Shown: positions 19,156-32,000 of the stretch, one piece after another | Layout of the letters: every line of letters starts with the position of its first letter | How positions within the stretch are numbered: position 1 is the stretch's first letter | Assembly (NCBI RefSeq): GCF_000012905.2 | Contig: NC_007493.2 | Location: 270,001-302,000, forward strand | Reading direction: 5' to 3' | DNA length: 32,000 bases | Source: Cereibacter sphaeroides 2.4.1 | Lineage (GTDB): Bacteria; Pseudomonadota; Alphaproteobacteria; Rhodobacterales; Rhodobacteraceae | The notes under the pieces: model-generated | Told to the model about the DNA's origin: nothing | The model's database searches: none | What the model saw: only the letters and a program-made list of their open reading frames with translations | Translations under genes and position numbers: made by a program

Positions 19156-19800
19156 ATGCCCTCCCCCTTGCTGAACGCCGGCCTCCGGCATCCGATGCGC
19201 TTTGCCGACGGGCGCGCGAACCCCTCGATGGTGCATCTGAACCGCGTCATCGACCATCCGAACATCCGCATCGGCGATTTCACCTATGCCAACGATTTCG
19301 ACCCGCCCGAGGATTGGGCGGCACGGCTGGTGCCCTACCTCTATCCCGGCGCGCCCGAGCGGCTGGAGATCGGCCGCTACGGCCAGATCGCCCATGGCGT
19401 GCGCATCATCACCGCCTCCGCCAATCATCCGGCAGGCGGGCTCACCACCTATCCGTTCGCGATCTTCGATCCGGCGAGCCTCGCGCTGCTCAAGGAGGCG
19501 CTGACCGATCTGCCCGACACGGTGATCGGCCACGATGTCTGGATCGGCCATGGGGCGCTGATCCTGCCCGGCGTGCGGCTGGGCCATGGGGTGATCGTGG
19601 GGGCGGGGGCGGTGGTTGCCGGTGACGTGCCCGATTATGCGGTGGTGGCCGGCAATCCGGCGCGCATCCTGCGGATGCGCTTTCCGCCCGAGGTGATCGC
19701 GCGGCTCCTTGCGCTCGCCTGGTGGGACTGGCCGCAGGAGCGCCTGGCCGAGCGGCTGCCCGCGTTGATGGCGGGCGATCTCGAGGCGGCCGCGCGCTGA
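19156..19800 (+). CDS. Xenobiotic acetyltransferase (XAT) family hexapeptide-repeat enzyme, Vat/CatB-like
   Basis: 214 aa, GAGGAG SD. Aligns by eye along its length with streptogramin A acetyltransferases. Shared segments: IRIGDFTY, SANHPAGGLTTYPF (the ANH...TYPF catalytic-His segment), DTVIGHDVWIGHGALILPGVRLGHG, VVAGNPARILRMRF and WWDWP. Confidence 0.88.
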   Translation: MPSPLLNAGLRHPMRFADGRANPSMVHLNRVIDHPNIRIGDFTYANDFDPPEDWAARLVPYLYPGAPERLEIGRYGQIAHGVRIITASANHPAGGLTTYPFAIFDPASLALLKEALTDLPDTVIGHDVWIGHGALILPGVRLGHGVIVGAGAVVAGDVPDYAVVAGNPARILRMRFPPEVIARLLALAWWDWPQERLAERLPALMAGDLEAAAR

Positions 19801-19834
19801 CGCCGCAGCCGGCGCACGGGGCGCAACTTTGCAC

Positions 19835-19863
19835 TTGCGGTCGGGCGCCGGCTGCCGTATCTC
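19835..19863 (+). promoter_or_regulatory. Candidate promoter for tRNA-Trp
   Basis: cTTGCGG, then a 17-nt spacer, then TATCTC (19858..19863). The predicted start is a few nt before the tRNA 5' end at 19875. Confidence 0.35.
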
Positions 19864-19874
19864 GCGGCTGGCCT

Positions 19875-19950
19875 AGGGGTATAGCTCAGTTGGTAGAGCA
19901 TCGGTCTCCAAAACCGAGGGTCGTGGGTTCGAGTCCCCCTGCCCCTGCCA
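19875..19950 (+). tRNA. trpT: tRNA-Trp (anticodon CCA)
   Basis: 76-nt cloverleaf folded by hand. Acceptor AGGGGTA/TGCCCCT, D-arm GCTC-AGTTGGTA-GAGC, anticodon arm TCGGT-CTCCAAA-ACCGA, T-arm GTGGG-TTCGAGT-CCCCC (one U50-C64 mismatch), and an encoded 3' GCCA. Confidence 0.95.
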
Positions 19951-19986
19951 GGCCCTTCCCGATCCCGCGCTCTTCCGGCGAGAGCC

Positions 19987-20015
19987 TTGAACTTCGGCGT
20001 CCGAGGGCGTATCTG
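19987..20015 (+). promoter_or_regulatory. Candidate promoter for secE
   Basis: cTTGAAC, a 17-nt spacer, then TATCTG (20010..20015). The geometry is identical to the module at 19835..19863. Confidence 0.35.
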
Positions 20016-20042
20016 CCGCGCGACGCTTCTTGAGGACAGACG

Positions 20043-20237
20043 ATGGCCAAGGCGAATCCCTTCACGTTCATCTCGCAGGTGCGCAGCGAAGTCGGCAAGG
20101 TCGCCTGGCCCGGCCGGCGCGAGGTGCTGCTGACCACCATCATGGTCTTCGTCATGGCGGCGCTGACCGCGACCTTCTTCTCGCTCGTCGACTTCGCGAT
20201 CCGGCAGGGGCTGAGCCTGCTGCTCAACACCTTCTGA
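20043..20237 (+). CDS. secE: Preprotein translocase subunit SecE
   Basis: 64 aa. EVGKVAWPGRREV followed by a single TM helix. Canonical position upstream of nusG. Confidence 0.9.
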   Translation: MAKANPFTFISQVRSEVGKVAWPGRREVLLTTIMVFVMAALTATFFSLVDFAIRQGLSLLLNTF

Positions 20238-20246
20238 CATTTCCGC

Positions 20247-20275
20247 TTGAACGCCGGGGGTGCTGCCTGTAATCG
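20247..20275 (+). promoter_or_regulatory. Candidate promoter located between the secE stop and the downstream terminator
   Basis: cTTGAAC (20246..20252), a 17-nt spacer, then TAATCG (20270..20275). Same -35 heptamer and spacing as the secE module. Confidence 0.3.
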
Positions 20276-20297
20276 GGCGGTCACTGGGAAGAGGCCG

Positions 20298-20333
20298 GCG
20301 CGCAGCGATTCGGGTTGCGCGCTGTTTTTTGTT
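20298..20333 (+). terminator. Canonical intrinsic terminator in the secE-nusG spacer
   Basis: GCGCGCA (20298..20304) pairs with TGCGCGC (20316..20322) across an 11-nt loop, followed by TGTTTTTTGTT. Confidence 0.8.
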
Positions 20334-20399
20334 CTGGGGGCGGACACTGGTTCGCCGGAGGAGCGGGGATTGCCCCGCGCGAAGAGGTAAGGCTAAGGC

Positions 20400-20933
20400 A
20401 TGGCGAAGCGTTGGTATTCGGTGAGCGTTCTCTCGAACTTCGAGAAGAAGGTCGCCGAGCAGATCCGGACCGCCGTGGCGGACGCCGGTCTCGAGGAAGA
20501 GATCGACGAGGTGCTGGTCCCCACCGAAGAGGTGATCGAGGTCCGGCGCGGCAAGAAGGTCACGTCCGAGCGCCGCTTCATGCCGGGCTATGTGCTCGTC
20601 CACATGGAAATGTCGAACCGCGGCTATCACCTGATCTCCTCGATCAACCGGGTGACGGGGTTCCTCGGTCCGCAGGGCAAGCCGATGCCGATGCGCGACT
20701 CGGAAGTGAACACGATCCTGAACCGCGTCGAGGAAGGCGAGGCGCAGCCGCGCAGCCTGATCCGCTATGACATCGGCGAGACGGTGAAGGTGACCGACGG
20801 CCCGTTCGAGGGCTTCTCGGGCATGGTCGAGGATGTGGATGAAGAGCATTCGCGCCTCAAGGTGACCGTCTCGATCTTCGGCCGGGCGACCCCGGTCGAG
20901 CTGGAATTCACCCAGGTGGCCAAGGGCGCCTGA
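20400..20933 (+). CDS. nusG: Transcription termination/antitermination factor NusG
   Basis: 177 aa. MAKRWYSVSVLSNFEKKV (NGN domain) and a C-terminal KOW (GETVKVTDGPFEGFSGMVEDVD). Confidence 0.97.
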   Translation: MAKRWYSVSVLSNFEKKVAEQIRTAVADAGLEEEIDEVLVPTEEVIEVRRGKKVTSERRFMPGYVLVHMEMSNRGYHLISSINRVTGFLGPQGKPMPMRDSEVNTILNRVEEGEAQPRSLIRYDIGETVKVTDGPFEGFSGMVEDVDEEHSRLKVTVSIFGRATPVELEFTQVAKGA

Positions 20934-21025
20934 GTGCATCGCGTGGGAGGCGAGCGCGCCCGCAGGGCGTGACGGACCGGACCACTAAACTCGCCCCTCG
21001 GGGGCAGTGACAGAGGAGAGGCCAT

Positions 21026-21478
21026 ATGGCCAAGAAGATTATCGGCAGCCTCAAGCTGCAAGTGAAGGCGGGTCAAGCCAACCCGTCCCCGCCGGTCGGT
21101 CCGGCGCTGGGTCAGCGCGGCCTGAACATCATGGCCTTCGTGAAGGAATTCAACGCGAAGTCCGCCGACCTCGAGCCGGGCACGCCCACGCCCGTCATCA
21201 TCACCTACTACCAAGACAAGTCCTTCAGCCTCGAGCTGAAGACGCCGCCGGCGTCCTTCATGCTGAAGAAGGCTGCGGGCCTCGCTCCGGTGGGCAAGCG
21301 GAACCGTCCGAAGGGCTCGACCAAGCCGGGCCGCGAAGTGGCGGGTTCGGTGACCGTGGCGCAGATCCGCAAGATCGCCGAAGCCAAGATGAAGGATCTG
21401 AACGCCAACGACGTCGAGGCGGCGATGCAGATCATCCTCGGCTCGGCCAAATCCTGCGGCATCGAGGTCAAGGGGTAA
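21026..21478 (+). CDS. rplK: 50S ribosomal protein L11
   Basis: 150 aa. [34 protein letters not shown]. Strong SD GAGGAGAGG. Confidence 0.97.
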   Translation: MAKKIIGSLKLQVKAGQANPSPPVGPALGQRGLNIMAFVKEFNAKSADLEPGTPTPVIITYYQDKSFSLELKTPPASFMLKKAAGLAPVGKRNRPKGSTKPGREVAGSVTVAQIRKIAEAKMKDLNANDVEAAMQIILGSAKSCGIEVKG

Positions 21479-21481
21479 GTC

Positions 21482-22180
21482 ATGGCCAAGGTTGGAAAAC
21501 GGACGCGCTCGGCGCGTGAAGCCTTCGTCGGCAAGGACCTGATCTCTGTCGAGGATGCGGTGGCGCTGATCAAGCAGGCCGCCTCGGCGAAGTTCGACGA
21601 GACCCTCGAAGTGGCGATGAACCTGGGCGTCGACCCGCGTCACGCCGACCAGATGGTGCGCGGCGTCGTCACCCTGCCGAACGGCACGGGCAAGACGGTG
21701 CGCGTGGCGGTCTTCGCCCGCGGCGCCAAGGCGGACGAGGCGAAAGCCGCCGGGGCCGACATCGTCGGTGCCGAAGACCTGATGGAGACGATCCAGTCGG
21801 GCAAGATCGAGTTCGACCGCTGCATCGCCACCCCGGACATGATGCCGCTCGTCGGCCGTCTGGGCAAGATCCTCGGGCCGCGCAACCTGATGCCGAACCC
21901 GAAGGTCGGCACCGTGACGATGGATGTGAAATCCGCCGTCGAGGCCGCCAAGGGCGGTGAGGTGCAGTTCAAGGTCGAGAAGGCGGGCGTGATCCACGCC
22001 GGCGTCGGCAAGATGTCGTTCGAGGCGGACAAGCTCGCGCAGAACGTCCGCGCCTTCGTCGATGCCGTGAACCGCGCGAAGCCCGCCGGGGCGAAAGGCA
22101 CCTACCTCAAGAAGGTGTCGCTCTCCTCGACCATGGGCCCGGGCGTCTCGGTCGACCTGACCTCCGCCACCAGCCACTGA
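21482..22180 (+). CDS. rplA: 50S ribosomal protein L1
   Basis: 232 aa. [24 protein letters not shown]...LPNGTGK. Starts 3 nt after rplK. Confidence 0.97.
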   Translation: MAKVGKRTRSAREAFVGKDLISVEDAVALIKQAASAKFDETLEVAMNLGVDPRHADQMVRGVVTLPNGTGKTVRVAVFARGAKADEAKAAGADIVGAEDLMETIQSGKIEFDRCIATPDMMPLVGRLGKILGPRNLMPNPKVGTVTMDVKSAVEAAKGGEVQFKVEKAGVIHAGVGKMSFEADKLAQNVRAFVDAVNRAKPAGAKGTYLKKVSLSSTMGPGVSVDLTSATSH

Positions 22181-22418
22181 GGCGGGGGCTTTGAGAATTC
22201 CCCTGCCCTCGGGCAGGGGATGACGGGGCGGAGACGCCCTGTCCTGTCCGAGACGGCGGGTGGGGGCAACCTCTTAATATCCTGCCTGAGATGGGGAACG
22301 AGACGGATTTTCGCGGGAAACCGCCGGATCTTGGCTCGGGACCACATCGCGGACCCGAACGCCCCGCTCGCGGGGCAGAAGTGAGCCGGGGGGCGACCCC
22401 CAAACTTGGAGTGAAACT
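22181..22418 (+). promoter_or_regulatory. Structured rplJ 5' leader (probable L10 leader-type autoregulatory RNA)
   Basis: A 238-nt spacer with several strong hairpins. These are CCCCTGCC-ctcg-GGCAGGGG (22200..22219), a 9-bp stem with a GAGA tetraloop (22222..22243), GCCCCG-ctcg-CGGGGC (22361..22376), and a G5/C5 helix (22388..22401) just before the SD. Confidence 0.5.
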
Positions 22419-22934
22419 GTGGATAGAGCCCAGAAAGAGAAAGTGGTCGAGGAACTCGGCCAGATCTTCGAAAGCTCTGGCGTGGTTGTGGTTGCACACT
22501 ACGCAGGCATCACGGTTGCTCAGATGCAGGACCTGCGCGCGCAGATGCGCGAAGTCGGTGGGTCCGTACGCGTTGCCAAGAACAGGCTCGCCAAGATCGC
22601 CCTCGCCGGGAAGCCCTCTGAAAAGATGGGCGACCTGCTGACGGGCATGACCGTGATGGCCTATTCCGAGGACCCCGTCGCTGCGGCGAAGGTTGCGGAT
22701 GCCTATGCCAAGAAGAACGACAAGTTCGTGATCCTCGGCGGGGCAATGGGCGACACGATCCTGGACCCGGCCGGTGTGAAGACCGTCGCCGCCATGCCGT
22801 CGCGCGAAGAGCTCATCGCTCAGATCGTGTCGTGCATCGGTGCGCCCGCGTCGAACATCGCCGGTGCCATTGGCGCACCTGCTTCGAACATCGCCGGCAT
22901 CCTCTCCACCCTGGAGGAGCGGGAAGCCGCTTGA
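22419..22934 (+). CDS. rplJ: 50S ribosomal protein L10
   Basis: 171 aa. GTG start with GGAG 7 nt upstream. [13 protein letters not shown]...[18 protein letters not shown]. Confidence 0.95.
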   Translation: MDRAQKEKVVEELGQIFESSGVVVVAHYAGITVAQMQDLRAQMREVGGSVRVAKNRLAKIALAGKPSEKMGDLLTGMTVMAYSEDPVAAAKVADAYAKKNDKFVILGGAMGDTILDPAGVKTVAAMPSREELIAQIVSCIGAPASNIAGAIGAPASNIAGILSTLEEREAA

Positions 22935-23003
22935 GCAATCTCGTCGACCTGCGTGGGTTGTCACCCACCATGTTGGACCCCATCTAACTGAACGGAACAG
23001 AAA

Positions 23004-23381
<378 letters not shown>

Positions 23382-23419
23382 TTCGGTCGGGTGCGTTTCG
23401 CATCCATCGGTTGAAATCG

Positions 23420-23450
23420 GGCTGGGTCCGGCGGATAGTCGGGCCCAGCC
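23420..23450 (+). other. 11-bp hairpin in the rplL-rpoB spacer (candidate attenuator or processing site)
   Basis: GGCTGGGTCCG pairs with CGGGCCCAGCC (one G-U pair), with a 9-nt loop. No U-tract. Confidence 0.45.
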
Positions 23451-23567
23451 GAACCTGTCTCGGCAGAGGCTTCGCAGGAAGCCCCTCCCAAGGCGCGGTT
23501 CGAGGTTCGGGAGCCCTCCGGTGGGACGGGGGGCGTGAATGGGACCTCACCCCCTTCTTCGCAAGCG

Positions 23568-23598
23568 GCGCAGGACCGTGGCCCGACGGTCCCTGCGC
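23568..23598 (+). other. Second strong hairpin, 28 nt upstream of the rpoB ATG
   Basis: GCGCAGGACCG pairs with CGGTCCCTGCGC (one bulged C), with an 8-nt loop. Confidence 0.45.
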
Positions 23599-23625
23599 CC
23601 GCGAAAACGAAAGGTGACTTCGAGC

Positions 23626-32000
<8,375 letters not shown>

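Noticed and set aside
19923-19939. U50-C64 mismatch in the T-stem of tRNA-Trp
   Set aside because: A single non-canonical pair in an otherwise perfect cloverleaf with an encoded CCA. It is most likely tolerated natural variation, not evidence of a pseudogene.
22291-22641. 116-aa ORF starting inside the rplJ leader and running out of frame into rplJ
   Set aside because: It has no SD, an Arg/Pro/Ser-rich translation, and it overlaps the L10 coding frame.

Overview
Visibly high-GC sequence (not computed). Gene content and protein sequences point to an alphaproteobacterial chromosome, probably Rhodobacteraceae (inference). The window is almost entirely conserved core genome. Left to right: about 570 bp with no credible CDS; pckA (-); the divergent cluster chvI-chvG-hprK(short)-rapZ-EIIA(Man)-HPr (+); an acyltransferase-3 membrane protein (+) overlapping the convergent hbd (-); an uncharacterised conserved ORF (+); a minus-strand block of SH3b protein, SDR, HIG1-like small membrane protein, PduO-type corrinoid adenosyltransferase, etfB and etfA; parC (+); a lipoprotein (+); then tuf, a Vat/XAT-type hexapeptide acetyltransferase, tRNA-Trp, secE, nusG, rplK, rplA, rplJ, rplL, rpoB and rpoC (3' partial). 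I see no CRISPR array, transposase, integrase, phage genes or recognisable defence island, and no convincing novel multi-gene system. The leads are small regulatory or RNA-scale features. (1) A strongly SD-preceded 6-codon mini-ORF lies just upstream of the acetyltransferase wedged between tuf and tRNA-Trp. (2) A promoter-like module is followed by a canonical intrinsic terminator in the nusG leader, and three iso-spaced promoter-like modules occur in the tRNA-Trp/secE/nusG spacers. (3) A conserved hairpin-plus-tail repeat sits just after the stops of pckA and parC. (4) A hairpin displays CCUCCUCCC in its loop just after the HPr gene. (5) The HIG1-like protein is start/stop-coupled to a B12 adenosyltransferase beside etfBA. 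(6) rplJ carries a perfect tandem 11-codon repeat with only synonymous divergence. Gene starts were refined by hand from the ORF track. All functional calls rest on my recognition of motifs and families, not on searches.
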